Virus record (IMG/VR): IMGVR_UViG_3300043111_000068
Coordinates: 1-50,657 of that record
Source of the DNA: a virus
Taxonomy: Duplodnaviria > Caudoviricetes
DNA length: 50,657 bases
Reading direction: 5' to 3' (one strand)
In this document: positions 1-8,892 of the stretch, in pieces
Layout: the number at the start of each line of letters is the position of its first letter
How positions within the stretch are numbered: position 1 is the stretch's first letter
The notes under the pieces: generated by a model
Told to the model about the DNA's origin: nothing
The model's input: the letters and a program-made list of their open reading frames with translations, nothing else
Databases searched by the model: none
Translations under genes and position numbers: made by a program

Positions 1-1
1 G

Positions 2-287
2 CCATCGAAATTAAAAGCATACATGGTTCATGACGGAGAAGAGTCGGAGAAGGCCGCTTTGGTGTTCGCGAATAACGCTCAAGAAGCGCGCAAGATCGGG
101 TATGGCTATAACGACATTGGCTCTGAATGATTTTTATTCAAAACTTGTATCAGTAAGAGCGGCGAAACAAATTGAATTTTACAATATTTGCGATGAGATA
201 ATTTCTTTGCAAAATTCATGCTTGCATGATTATGAAAACAATGCTGGCTGTCTTGTTTGTAAGTATTGTAAGAAGACAATATATTAA
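2..287 (+). pseudogene. Small phage gene, apparently frameshifted near nt 125 (5' end outside window)
   Basis: Frame KLKAYMVHDGEESEKAALVFANNAQEARKIG stops at TGA ~128; the protein-like continuation DFYSKLVSVRAAKQ...CLVCKYCK is in another frame. Confidence 0.4.
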
Positions 288-297
288 GGAGAAATAT

Positions 298-492
298 ATG
301 AATGGCACAGAACAATATTTGGTGCGTCTAAAATATTTTGATCCGAATAATAATTACTGGATACATGAAGAAATCCATGTAGGTGGATACAAAAATAAGA
401 ACTCACACAAACAAGCAGGGCTTGATGCATGTAGAGAAATTATACGTAAGGGTTTTAAAAACCCAGAAGTTATCGACGTTAGATATTGCTAG
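298..492 (+). CDS. Hypothetical phage protein
   Basis: AAGGAG SD before ATG 298 (MNGTEQYLVRL). Confidence 0.6.
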   Translation: MNGTEQYLVRLKYFDPNNNYWIHEEIHVGGYKNKNSHKQAGLDACREIIRKGFKNPEVIDVRYC

Positions 493-581
493 AGCTGGAA
501 AGGATAGAGGGATGATGATTACACAAAAGCAAGCGATACAGATCGTCGCCAGATTGACAAACCGAGATGGGGGTATAGAAA

Positions 582-1109
582 ATGACCTATGAGGAATCCA
601 CTAAAGCATACTCTAACTATATAGATGAACATAGAGCCAACGTAGAGGCAGTTTGGAGACACCTTGAACCGTTGTGTATAGATATTTACTGGCTTGACGA
701 TTGTTCCCGCGTAACGCTCGATTGCTTGATAAAGAACCATGATATGTCCAAGTACTCAGAGGACGAGTTTTATGGTTATCAACAGTTTTTCTATACCGCC
801 GATGACCAAGTAAAAAGCAAGGAATCTTTTAAGTACGCATGGAACCATCACCAGAAGCATAATCGTCATCATTGGGAATATTGGGTAATGGTAGATGGAA
901 CTGTTCTGCCCATGACAGGAGTGTATCTGTTGGAAATGTTGTGTGATTGGGGAGCCATGTCGTTGAAGTTTGGTGATTTGCCTTCCGAGTTTTATAAACA
1001 GAACCAGCACAACATCACTCTGCACGGCAATACGCAGCGAGGTGTTGAGAACTGGTTGCCTTTGATAGATCGTGCTGTACGTGCAGCGAAGGAGGCGAGA
1101 GATGAGTGA
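582..1109 (+). CDS. DUF5662-like HD-type metal-dependent phosphohydrolase
   Basis: Motifs EH...HDMSK...AWNHHQKHNRHHWEYW...EMLCDW. Confidence 0.7.
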   Translation: MTYEESTKAYSNYIDEHRANVEAVWRHLEPLCIDIYWLDDCSRVTLDCLIKNHDMSKYSEDEFYGYQQFFYTADDQVKSKESFKYAWNHHQKHNRHHWEYWVMVDGTVLPMTGVYLLEMLCDWGAMSLKFGDLPSEFYKQNQHNITLHGNTQRGVENWLPLIDRAVRAAKEARDE

Positions 1110-1404
1110 AAAGAAGTGTGCACAGAAAGCATGGGATAGAGATGCTATCAATTATCTTTTACGTTTTGGAAGAAAGAATAGTGGACCATGGGATGACACT
1201 GCAGGAGTTGATAAAAATGGTCGGGAACTAGATATGCCAGATGATGGTGATACTGACCTTGTTACTGCGGCGCCAGAACTGTATGAAGCTCTTGATAATC
1301 TGCTTACCAGACTATCATATGACAAGGATGCAAAGGCATGGTTCCCGGAAGAACAGGAAAGAGCACGATGTGCTCTGAGGAAAGCAAGAGGTGAATATGA
1401 GTGA
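1102..1404 (+). CDS. Hypothetical phage protein
   Basis: AAGGAGG SD; AAPELYEAL motif common in small phage early proteins. Confidence 0.7.
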   Translation: MSEKKCAQKAWDRDAINYLLRFGRKNSGPWDDTAGVDKNGRELDMPDDGDTDLVTAAPELYEALDNLLTRLSYDKDAKAWFPEEQERARCALRKARGEYE

Positions 1405-1765
1405 TTTACTAGCTCGATTTCAAGACCGGGAGGAAACAGTTTACAGTGCCGAATTATACTTATTGCGAAAGCTGGCAGAGACGAGCAGCGACATGGTGAA
1501 AGCCCGTGATTGGAAAGAATTTCGTGTTGCGTGTGGCGGACAGAAAAAAGATGGTGGCTTGACGAAAGGGCACAACTTGCGGAGGCTATTGATAATGCCA
1601 AAAAATGTTAATTACAGAGTTAAATACTGGCGTTGGATCAACGAACAGGCTGGGGAGTGGTACAGAACCGGCCTGATGACAAAAGAGAATGCTGAAAAGG
1701 TTGCTGAAAGTTTCCGGCAATCACACGAACAAGTGGAGGTATACTTCGATGACGACGGAAAATGA
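1391..1765 (+). CDS. Hypothetical protein, possibly two fused genes (internal start at 1595)
   Basis: Coupled to upstream stop; internal GGAGG then ATG 1595 (MPKNVNYRVKYWRW). Confidence 0.5.
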   Translation: MNMSDLLARFQDREETVYSAELYLLRKLAETSSDMVKARDWKEFRVACGGQKKDGGLTKGHNLRRLLIMPKNVNYRVKYWRWINEQAGEWYRTGLMTKENAEKVAESFRQSHEQVEVYFDDDGK

Positions 1766-1976
1766 GCCGACGATTCCAAAAGGATTTGTAATGATCTACA
1801 CCGAAACGCACTCAATTTGCATGAGGGTGGATCATATTGTCTCAGTAGCGGTATCGTGCGGGGTAAATCATACGTTACACATTACAACGAGGGACGGCGA
1901 GACTTATAAGGCCGCATACAACTTTGAAGAATTTTTAAGAATAATGGCCGAAGAAGGAGATAACACCAATGAATAG
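1749..1976 (+). CDS. Hypothetical phage protein
   Basis: GGAGG SD before ATG 1749 (MTTENEPTIPKG). Confidence 0.6.
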   Translation: MTTENEPTIPKGFVMIYTETHSICMRVDHIVSVAVSCGVNHTLHITTRDGETYKAAYNFEEFLRIMAEEGDNTNE

Positions 1977-2207
1977 CTACGGTGACGGAAATACATATCG
2001 GGGAACGGTTTGCAAAGATGAGGAATGGCTAGATGCCTTGAGAATATCGAGACCGTTTACAACTATAAATGCACCGCTTAACTCAACCGTTATGGGTATG
2101 ATCCGGCACTTTGCCCGGAAGATTGCTCTGACGAAAACCCGTGGCCGTATTCATCAATGTATGATGACGTGGGGAAAGTAGAGATGGAAAAGGTGGAGGA
2201 AGAATAA
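1969..2207 (+). pseudogene. Disrupted small gene (frameshift ~2037 plus in-frame TAA 2079-2081)
   Basis: MNSYG...DEEWLDA continues naturally as LENIETVYNYKCTA*LNRYGYDPALCPED...KVEEE* in another frame, which ends at TAA 2205-2207 abutting the next ATG. Confidence 0.45.
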
Positions 2208-2378
2208 ATGAAAATGGTCAACGAAATATACATAAACGAGATAACGATATACTGCCCATACTGCGGGGAGCCCCAAGATGGCTTTATAGACGTTCCTCGT
2301 GGTGGAAAGATTATGTGCGATGATTGCGGAGAGGTTTTCCGTATTGAAGAATTTCCGAGATATATTTTTGACCTGTAG
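2208..2378 (+). CDS. 56-aa zinc-ribbon protein (below ORF-track cutoff)
   Basis: GGAGG SD; MKMVNEIYINEITIYCPYCGE...IMCDDCGEVF. Confidence 0.7.
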   Translation: MKMVNEIYINEITIYCPYCGEPQDGFIDVPRGGKIMCDDCGEVFRIEEFPRYIFDL

Positions 2379-2388
2379 GAGAGGATAG

Positions 2389-2607
2389 ATAACCGTAAAA
2401 GAGCTGAGGATTTGTGATATATGTGAACGACATCCGGCACGACAGTATGAAACCGGAACATGGCGGGAGTTTGACGGCCACAGGAATGAAGAGTTCACGC
2501 ATTACGCGGACTTATGCGACGGATGCCGGGCTATCATAGATTCGTTTGCAAAAGAAATTAAGGACAAAGTAGGAATCCATGAGGCTGAGAGAAACAGGAG
2601 GATATGA
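2389..2607 (+). CDS. 72-aa zinc-finger protein with ATA start or lost start codon
   Basis: AGGAGAGGA SD then ATA; open frame ITVKELRICDICE...ADLCDGCRAIID. Confidence 0.55.
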   Translation: MTVKELRICDICERHPARQYETGTWREFDGHRNEEFTHYADLCDGCRAIIDSFAKEIKDKVGIHEAERNRRI

Positions 2608-2635
2608 AACCTCCGCGCCAGGAACCACCTACGGT

Positions 2636-2673
2636 GCCCCTCGTTGCGCTCTGATTTAGCCCCTGGTTGCGCT
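2636..2673. repeat. Two 15-bp direct repeats GCCCCT(C/G)GTTGCGCT, 23-bp period
   Basis: 2636-2650 and 2659-2673, one mismatch; followed by a T-rich tract. Confidence 0.75.
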
Positions 2674-2758
2674 TGGCCTTTGTTTGTGTGGTTTTTTGTT
2701 GTTTTTGTTGACTATTTTGATTGTTTTTCAGTTTTTTTCAAGAGACTATTGTCAAGTC

Positions 2759-2776
2759 TGTCACCTTTAGGTTACA
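2759..2776. promoter_or_regulatory. Palindromic operator copy 1, TGTCACCTTTAGGTTACA
   Basis: Matches the four other copies; directly before the SD of the replication operon. Confidence 0.75.
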
Positions 2777-2788
2777 AAGGAGGAACCA

Positions 2789-3217
2789 GTGGACACAAAA
2801 GAATTGTCACGGATCGCAGAGATCGACGTTGCGATCAAGAACCTCAAAATGGAGATCGATCAGCTCAAGCTTGAACGAGACCAGATGGAAGATCGGCTCA
2901 TTGAAGAGATGGCCGAATCCGGACTCGAAAAGCTGACCATCTCCACGGAAAAGGGACCACGGACAGTCTATGTCCATCGGCAGGTGTGGGCTGGCCACAC
3001 AGGAGACAAGGAAGGGCTGTGCGATGCGCTGATTGAAGCTGGACTCGGTGAATACGTCAAACCGACATTCAACACGAACCAACTCAGTGCGTACATCCGG
3101 GAATTCGACCCTGACGGCACCCTCACTGAAACGGAAATCATTAAGAAACTTCCTGAAAGAATACAGCCTTTCTTGAAGGTTTCCGAGCGTTTCCAACTCA
3201 AATCCCGCAATGCGTAA
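2789..3217 (+). CDS. Conserved phage replication/recombination-module protein (N-terminal coiled coil)
   Basis: AAGGAGG SD, GTG start; first gene of operon. Confidence 0.7.
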   Translation: MDTKELSRIAEIDVAIKNLKMEIDQLKLERDQMEDRLIEEMAESGLEKLTISTEKGPRTVYVHRQVWAGHTGDKEGLCDALIEAGLGEYVKPTFNTNQLSAYIREFDPDGTLTETEIIKKLPERIQPFLKVSERFQLKSRNA

Positions 3218-3263
3218 TTCTACGTCCAAGATCCAAAACCCAAAAACCGACATGGAGGAAACT

Positions 3264-3974
3264 ATGTCTAACGAAACAAACGCCGTAGCAGTTAAGGAAG
3301 AAAACAACTTCGCCATCTTCAACGACAAGGATCTCGACCTTGCAACCTTGCTCGAAGACAATATGGGCGATGAAGAATTTACCCCGCTAGACCTGGAACG
3401 GATTATTGTTCCAGCAGGTGGGGGAACTACCTTCGAGGTGCCCACACTCGAAGGGATGGATGATGTGAAAGAACTCGAGGCAATCATCATCCACATCATG
3501 CCTGCAAAGTCGTATTGGGAGGGCGAATACGATGGCGAGAACGTACCGCCGGACTGCACTTCCATTGACGGCATCCACGGCACCGGCAATCCCGGCGGCC
3601 TCTGCAGCGAATGCCCCTTCAACGAGTACGGAAGCGCAGCAAAGGGGTCCGGAAAGGCCTGCAAGGACCAGCGCAACGTATTTATCCTGCCCAAGGATGC
3701 AATACTGCCCTTCACTCTGTCCGTACCACCCACGTCTATCAAGCCTCTGAAAAAGTACATGACGAGCCTGACACGATTCGGAAAGTCTCTCTACTCTGTA
3801 TCCACGAAGATCAGCCTCGAGAAGACAAAAAACGGATCCGGTATCACTTACTCGCGCCTCGTATTCAAGGCAGGTGATCCCCTGACCACCGAACAGGCAG
3901 CACTCGTCAAACAGTACAAGAAGGCTTTCAAGCAAATCTTTGAACACACAAAGGTTGAATCAGACGCGGCTTAA
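3264..3974 (+). CDS. Putative ssDNA-binding/annealing protein
   Basis: PPDCTSIDG...CSECPFN...GSGKACK Cys motif, LSVPPTS, acidic end; located before primase. Confidence 0.55.
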   Translation: MSNETNAVAVKEENNFAIFNDKDLDLATLLEDNMGDEEFTPLDLERIIVPAGGGTTFEVPTLEGMDDVKELEAIIIHIMPAKSYWEGEYDGENVPPDCTSIDGIHGTGNPGGLCSECPFNEYGSAAKGSGKACKDQRNVFILPKDAILPFTLSVPPTSIKPLKKYMTSLTRFGKSLYSVSTKISLEKTKNGSGITYSRLVFKAGDPLTTEQAALVKQYKKAFKQIFEHTKVESDAA

Positions 3975-3986
3975 TTCTGCAAACTA

Positions 3987-4023
3987 GCGGGGAAGGTCGC
4001 AAGACCTTCCCCGCATTTTTTTT
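3987..4023 (+). terminator. Intrinsic terminator
   Basis: Perfect 12-bp stem GCGGGGAAGGTC-GCAA-GACCTTCCCCGC plus T tract. Confidence 0.85.
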
Positions 4024-4034
4024 ATGGAGAGCCT

Positions 4035-5750
4035 ATGGATACGACTGCATTCCTGCGGGAAATTTATGGCGAAGAAACACCAGGCTTTTTCCCGATCTGG
4101 ACAAGACCAGGAAACAAATCGGCCTGGTTCAGCAATGCAGATAACGCGGCAAAATACGCAGAAAAAACCAAGAAAAACACATACTTTTGTATCGGCCTAT
4201 TCGAGAAAGGCCTTGGGCCGCACCGAAATGGCCGGGAAGCTGAAACAATAGCCGTTACCGGTCTGGGCCTGGACATAGACATCCTGAATCCATTGGCCCA
4301 CGAGAAGCAAAACATCCCACCCACCATCGAAGACGGACTGAATCTTATCAAAAAGACTCTGCCCGGCTTTCTCCCTCCAACGATAATTACAAACTCCGGC
4401 TATGGCCTACAAGCCTTCTGGCTCTACAAAGAACCGTGGGTTTTCGACGACGACGATGATCGACTCGAAGCAAAACGACTCAGTGTGAGATTCTTGCAAA
4501 CATTTAGACTGCAGGCCTCACACAAGCACTGGGAAGTCGATGCACTCCCGAGTTTGTGCCAGCTATTCCGGGTGCTTGGGACACAGAACTACAAAGACGA
4601 AAAAAACCCCCGTCTAGTCGAAGTCGTAGAACACAACCCCTCAGCAAGATATCTTCCGGCAGATTTTGAAGATGTTCTTATAGCAGACCAGGCCGGACAG
4701 ATCAAACTTGGCGGGTCCACAACCGATCAAGACTTTGCATCAAATCCTCTCGGCCTGGTAATCAACGAACATGCCGAACCACCGAGCCTGTTATTAACCG
4801 AGATCCTTGAAATGGATCCAAAGTTTGCAACGACATACCGCAAACTACGAGACAAGGAGAAGCAGGACGCTTCTTTTTCCAGCTACGATCAAAGCCTGGC
4901 AAATCTTGCAAAGAGCTATGGTTGGACCGACCAGGAAATCTGCAACCTACTCATAGCTTTCAGGCGAGAGAACGCCAAAGACGAAAAGCAATTCAGGAAA
5001 GTCCTGCGTGTGAGCTATCTAAACCGAACAATCCACAAAGCTCGTGAAGCCGCTCCGCAAACAGCAAACGTCAGAGAGGTCCAGCAGATCGCCAACGATC
5101 TCAAGACCCAGGCAATGAACAATCCACAGGATGCAACCGAGGAAGAAAAACAGGAGAAGCAAACGCACATCCGGGACCAGTTATCCCGAGCCCTCAAGAT
5201 AAAAATTGAACACATCTACAAGTATCTTGGTGACGAACCGATCTTTGAGCTTGTCATCAACAACGGTCAAAAAGTCACGCTTGGCAGTATTGCAAACCTC
5301 ATCAACCAGAACACGCTCAGACAGCACCTTGCAGCACATTGTGGGGTCTATCTCAACCGCTACAAGGTACCGGAATGGGATGCCTTTGCAACAACTCTTT
5401 TATCTCTCGTCGAGCCGGTTGAAACTGGCACAGACACCAAAGACAAAGAGATCATCGCTGAATGGGTAAGATACTATTGGAGCTCAAGAGGCGCGACAGA
5501 GGATGCAGAAAGCGCATTCGTCAATGACACCCCGTATTTAAGAAACGGGAAATGCTATATCTTCGGACGTGACCTGCGTGGAGCCATGAGCGCAAACGGA
5601 GATCGCTACTCGGCAAAGGAACTGGGCTTTCAATTAAGAGCCCTGGGCGCAAAACAGGAAACAGTAATGTTCACGCTCGATGACGGCAACAAAAGAAGCT
5701 CGAAGTCCGCATACAACGTAACTTCGATTGTAAACAGGAGTGAAAAATGA
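4035..5750 (+). CDS. RepB-like AEP DNA primase (primase-polymerase)
   Basis: LDID, PTIITNSGYGLQAFW, FRVLGTQNYK motifs; helical domain SSYDQSLAN...YLNRTI; no Walker A. Confidence 0.8.
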   Translation: MDTTAFLREIYGEETPGFFPIWTRPGNKSAWFSNADNAAKYAEKTKKNTYFCIGLFEKGLGPHRNGREAETIAVTGLGLDIDILNPLAHEKQNIPPTIEDGLNLIKKTLPGFLPPTIITNSGYGLQAFWLYKEPWVFDDDDDRLEAKRLSVRFLQTFRLQASHKHWEVDALPSLCQLFRVLGTQNYKDEKNPRLVEVVEHNPSARYLPADFEDVLIADQAGQIKLGGSTTDQDFASNPLGLVINEHAEPPSLLLTEILEMDPKFATTYRKLRDKEKQDASFSSYDQSLANLAKSYGWTDQEICNLLIAFRRENAKDEKQFRKVLRVSYLNRTIHKAREAAPQTANVREVQQIANDLKTQAMNNPQDATEEEKQEKQTHIRDQLSRALKIKIEHIYKYLGDEPIFELVINNGQKVTLGSIANLINQNTLRQHLAAHCGVYLNRYKVPEWDAFATTLLSLVEPVETGTDTKDKEIIAEWVRYYWSSRGATEDAESAFVNDTPYLRNGKCYIFGRDLRGAMSANGDRYSAKELGFQLRALGAKQETVMFTLDDGNKRSSKSAYNVTSIVNRSEK

Positions 5751-5950
5751 GTCAGAAAAAATCACAATCCAGAAAGATCCATACTATTTTTAGACAACCT
5801 CATTTCGCATTATGCCCCAACTGTCTCGAACGAATCAACTCAACAAACCCATACGGATACTTTCATACTGACGACAAGATTACATGCCCAAACTGCAAGG
5901 AAGAATACTCCATTGCAGCAAAAACGGACACGGTGATGTTTCAAGAATAG
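5747..5950 (+). CDS. Zinc-ribbon protein
   Basis: CPNC...CPNC; ATGA overlap with primase. Confidence 0.7.
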   Translation: MSQKKSQSRKIHTIFRQPHFALCPNCLERINSTNPYGYFHTDDKITCPNCKEEYSIAAKTDTVMFQE

Positions 5951-5959
5951 AGAGGAAAA

Positions 5960-6286
5960 ATGACACCCTACGAACAACTTAAAGAAGAAGAGAGAGCCGG
6001 AAAGATCCGGCTCTCTATTTTTTATCAGAACGGTAAATTACAGGTCATGCACGAGGAACCCGACGACATGGTGTGGGAAGAAAAACTCAGACTGTTTGAC
6101 CTGTTTCTCGCATCAATAGACGAGATCGAGGCCGAACACTCTCTCGAAAAGAAAGATGTCAAAGGGAACCTGTTCGCAGCGATAACCTCTTACGTCAATG
6201 GGAGCATAAAATGGAATCAAGCAACGAAACCCGAATCTTCGGCCCACCAGGTTGCGGAAAGACAACGTACCTATCAGGTGAAGTAG
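5960..6286 (+). CDS. Hypothetical protein
   Basis: GAGG SD, in operon. Confidence 0.6.
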   Translation: MTPYEQLKEEERAGKIRLSIFYQNGKLQVMHEEPDDMVWEEKLRLFDLFLASIDEIEAEHSLEKKDVKGNLFAAITSYVNGSIKWNQATKPESSAHQVAERQRTYQVK

Positions 6287-7818
6287 TCAGGGCCGCTGAA
6301 ATGTTCGGCCCGGAAAGCATCTTCTTGTCGTCATTCACCAGGGCGGCTGCTGCTGAACTTGCAGGCAGGCAGCTTCCGGTTCCAGAAGAGAACATCGGCA
6401 CATTACACGCACATTGTTACCGAATAATGAACCGGCCAGAGATCGCAGAAGAGCACATTGACGACTTCAACGAAGCATACCCCGAACTTTCTCTGACAAA
6501 ACACAAGGTAAATGCAGACGAGAGCGCATTGGATCAGGTGACAAAGACTGAAACAGACAAGACGTTTCAGGACTATCAAATCTATCGGGCCAAGATGATC
6601 CCTCAAGAATCCTGGCCACTATCTGTCAAATCCCTTCATCATAAATGGCAAAGCTGGAAGGACTCAAACAACCTTGTCGATTATACAGATATGATCGAAC
6701 ATGCCATAGACTATGACTTCGCTCCACCCGTAAACGCCCGTGTGGGTATCTTTGACGAAGCACAGGACTTCACCCCGCTACAGCTCAAGCTGGTTCGGAA
6801 ATGGGGAGAAACCTTCGACTACTTCCTATTAGCCGGAGATGACGACCAGCTCTTATACAGTTTCGCAGGGGCCACACCAGACGCATTCCTCAACCCACCT
6901 CTGCCCGACGATAAGAAGCGATTCCTGACTCAATCCTACCGAGTCCCATCAACTGTCCAAGCCGTTGCTGAATCCTGGATCAAACGGGTTTCAAAGCGCG
7001 AGCCCAAGACATACAAACCTCGGGACGAACGAGGATCAGTCAAGAAGCTGGAATTCAACTATCACAACGCTGGCCCCATCATTGAACAGGTCCAGGAAGC
7101 CCTGGAAGAAGGATCGGTGATGATACTCGCCTCGTGTGGATACATGCTTGGAAGCATCATCAAACGCCTTCGAGATGAAGGCATCCCGTTCTCAAACAAA
7201 TACAGACGCAATCGCGGCGACTGGAATCCTTTGACGCCTGGTTCTGGAATCTCAACAAGAGACAGGATCCATGCCTATGCTCACCCTGAAGGCCCGGTTT
7301 TTGGACAAACCAGACTATGGACACCCACACAACTTCGGGACTGGATGGACCTGGTTAAGGCCAAGGGGGTCGTAAAACACGGAGCAAAGAAGAAGATTGA
7401 AAAACTCAACCCGGACACATCCGTAGATCAATATCTGCGCCTCATTGCAGAATACTTCGATGAAGAAAACTTCAACCAGGCTGCCAAACTGGATCTTGAT
7501 TGGTTGTTTGAAAACATGACTGCCGCAAAAAAGAAATCAGCGACATTCCCTCTGCAGATTATTAAAAAGACCGGCTGGGATGGATTCGACAACGCCGGTA
7601 AAATAACGGTCGGAACGATCCACTCTGTAAAGGGCGGCCAGGCAGATACGGTCTTCCTCGCCCCTGACCTGTCCATACAATCAGCAAGGGGGTATAAGCT
7701 CAAACAGCAAGCTAGGGATTCTGTTATCCGTCAAATGTATGTGGGGATTACCAGGGCAAGAAAACACTTGAGGGTATTACAACCTGCTAGTCCGAACTTA
7801 GGAGTAAAACTGTGTTGA
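6211..7818 (+). CDS. SF1 UvrD/Rep-like DNA helicase
   Basis: GPPGCGKTT, GTLH, DEAQD, GDDDQ, QSYR, TIHSVKG, YVGITRAR. Confidence 0.92.
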   Translation: MESSNETRIFGPPGCGKTTYLSGEVVRAAEMFGPESIFLSSFTRAAAAELAGRQLPVPEENIGTLHAHCYRIMNRPEIAEEHIDDFNEAYPELSLTKHKVNADESALDQVTKTETDKTFQDYQIYRAKMIPQESWPLSVKSLHHKWQSWKDSNNLVDYTDMIEHAIDYDFAPPVNARVGIFDEAQDFTPLQLKLVRKWGETFDYFLLAGDDDQLLYSFAGATPDAFLNPPLPDDKKRFLTQSYRVPSTVQAVAESWIKRVSKREPKTYKPRDERGSVKKLEFNYHNAGPIIEQVQEALEEGSVMILASCGYMLGSIIKRLRDEGIPFSNKYRRNRGDWNPLTPGSGISTRDRIHAYAHPEGPVFGQTRLWTPTQLRDWMDLVKAKGVVKHGAKKKIEKLNPDTSVDQYLRLIAEYFDEENFNQAAKLDLDWLFENMTAAKKKSATFPLQIIKKTGWDGFDNAGKITVGTIHSVKGGQADTVFLAPDLSIQSARGYKLKQQARDSVIRQMYVGITRARKHLRVLQPASPNLGVKLC

Positions 7819-7852
7819 CGACTGCCGCCTTTTGTGTAACCTAAAGGTAACA
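7815..7852 (+). promoter_or_regulatory. Sigma70-like promoter overlapped by operator copy 2 (TGTAACCTAAAGGTAACA, 7835-7852)
   Basis: TTGACG-N16-TAACCT with the -10 inside the palindrome. Confidence 0.7.
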
Positions 7853-7875
7853 CAAAACAGCAAGACGGAGGCTAT

Positions 7876-8274
7876 ATGAGCTGGGAAGAATATCGACAAC
7901 CAAGACACCTTAAAAACAACACGCCACAAGTGCGAATCAAAGCTGACGGGACGTGCTTTATATCAAGCCTTGCCTACAACACGTTCTTTTGGGATTACGA
8001 CAACGTGATCCTTTGTCACGACTCGAAGCGAGATTTAATAGGTTTCGTTCCTATTAAAGGGGAAGGCCCAAGGCATTCGCGCAAGATTCGGCCCGTAAAG
8101 TCCAAGAAAGGCACGACCTACGGTGCCAGGATCTCTGCCAAAGGATTCTTTGAGTATATCGGGGTCAAGGAAAACCGGTGCTACAATCTGGAAAAGGAAG
8201 AAATGCCTGACGGCAAGCCCATCCTCGTAGCAATCAAACAGGTAGAAGAATGCAGCCCGAAGCGAGACTCGTAA
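7876..8274 (+). CDS. Hypothetical basic protein
   Basis: GGAGG SD; first gene after operator 2. Confidence 0.7.
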   Translation: MSWEEYRQPRHLKNNTPQVRIKADGTCFISSLAYNTFFWDYDNVILCHDSKRDLIGFVPIKGEGPRHSRKIRPVKSKKGTTYGARISAKGFFEYIGVKENRCYNLEKEEMPDGKPILVAIKQVEECSPKRDS

Positions 8275-8612
8275 AAAAGATCATCGACACCCTGAACAGG
8301 CTACCGGAATGTTATGCAGAAAAGAATCACGGCACAACATACGGCCATCAGAAGCTGGACGTGACCGGTGCTTGTCAGGGGGTCATGTTCCAGATTGAGG
8401 TAAAGACACCGGGAAACAAGCCCACACCTCGCCAGATATCGACGATGAAGAAGTGGTTCAAGAAGTCAGGCTGTGTGGTTGGCTGGGCCGTATCACCGGA
8501 AGAAGCTGTCAATATTATCAACCCTATTGTCACAGGAGGACCAAATGCCGGAAGAGAACATCCCAATGTCCCTGACCAATTTGAGCGGGGGCGCGGCTAT
8601 CGAAGCGTTTGA
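8250..8612 (+). CDS. VRR-NUC (PD-(D/E)XK) nuclease / putative resolvase
   Basis: EARLVKKI...LDV...IEVKTPGNKPTPRQ. Confidence 0.85.
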   Translation: MQPEARLVKKIIDTLNRLPECYAEKNHGTTYGHQKLDVTGACQGVMFQIEVKTPGNKPTPRQISTMKKWFKKSGCVVGWAVSPEEAVNIINPIVTGGPNAGREHPNVPDQFERGRGYRSV

Positions 8613-8892
8613 TGTCGAGCTTGCTCGGGTACTTGAGAACATCGAGGATCCGAACACTGTAGCCACCAGCAAGCGGAAGATCACCATGGAAGTGATCTTC
8701 AAACCAAACAAGGAACGCAATATCATCGAGATTGTTCACGGCTGCAAGACGGTCCTGGCTGCCGACGAACCGTGTGAAACAACCGCGTTTCTCGCCAAGG
8801 AAAAGGGCAAAACCGTATTGCATGAGATCAATCGACATGAAGAAGAGCAGGTCACGCTACCCTTTATCTCCGAGGTAAATAACAATGCTTAA
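8545..8892 (+). CDS. Conserved phage protein (family often labelled replication terminator protein)
   Basis: GGAAIEAFDVELARVLENIEDPNT..KRKIT; AGGAGG SD. Confidence 0.65.
   Translation: MPEENIPMSLTNLSGGAAIEAFDVELARVLENIEDPNTVATSKRKITMEVIFKPNKERNIIEIVHGCKTVLAADEPCETTAFLAKEKGKTVLHEINRHEEEQVTLPFISEVNNNA

Noticed and set aside
1540-1552. Programmed -1 frameshift at AAAAAAG
   Set aside because: Codon phase is AAA AAA G, not A AAA AAG; no stimulatory structure seen
7835-7852. Host BirA, LexA or Rex box as identity of the operator
   Set aside because: Half-site resembles BirA but the spacer is 4 bp rather than about 15; no match to the LexA or Rex consensus I know
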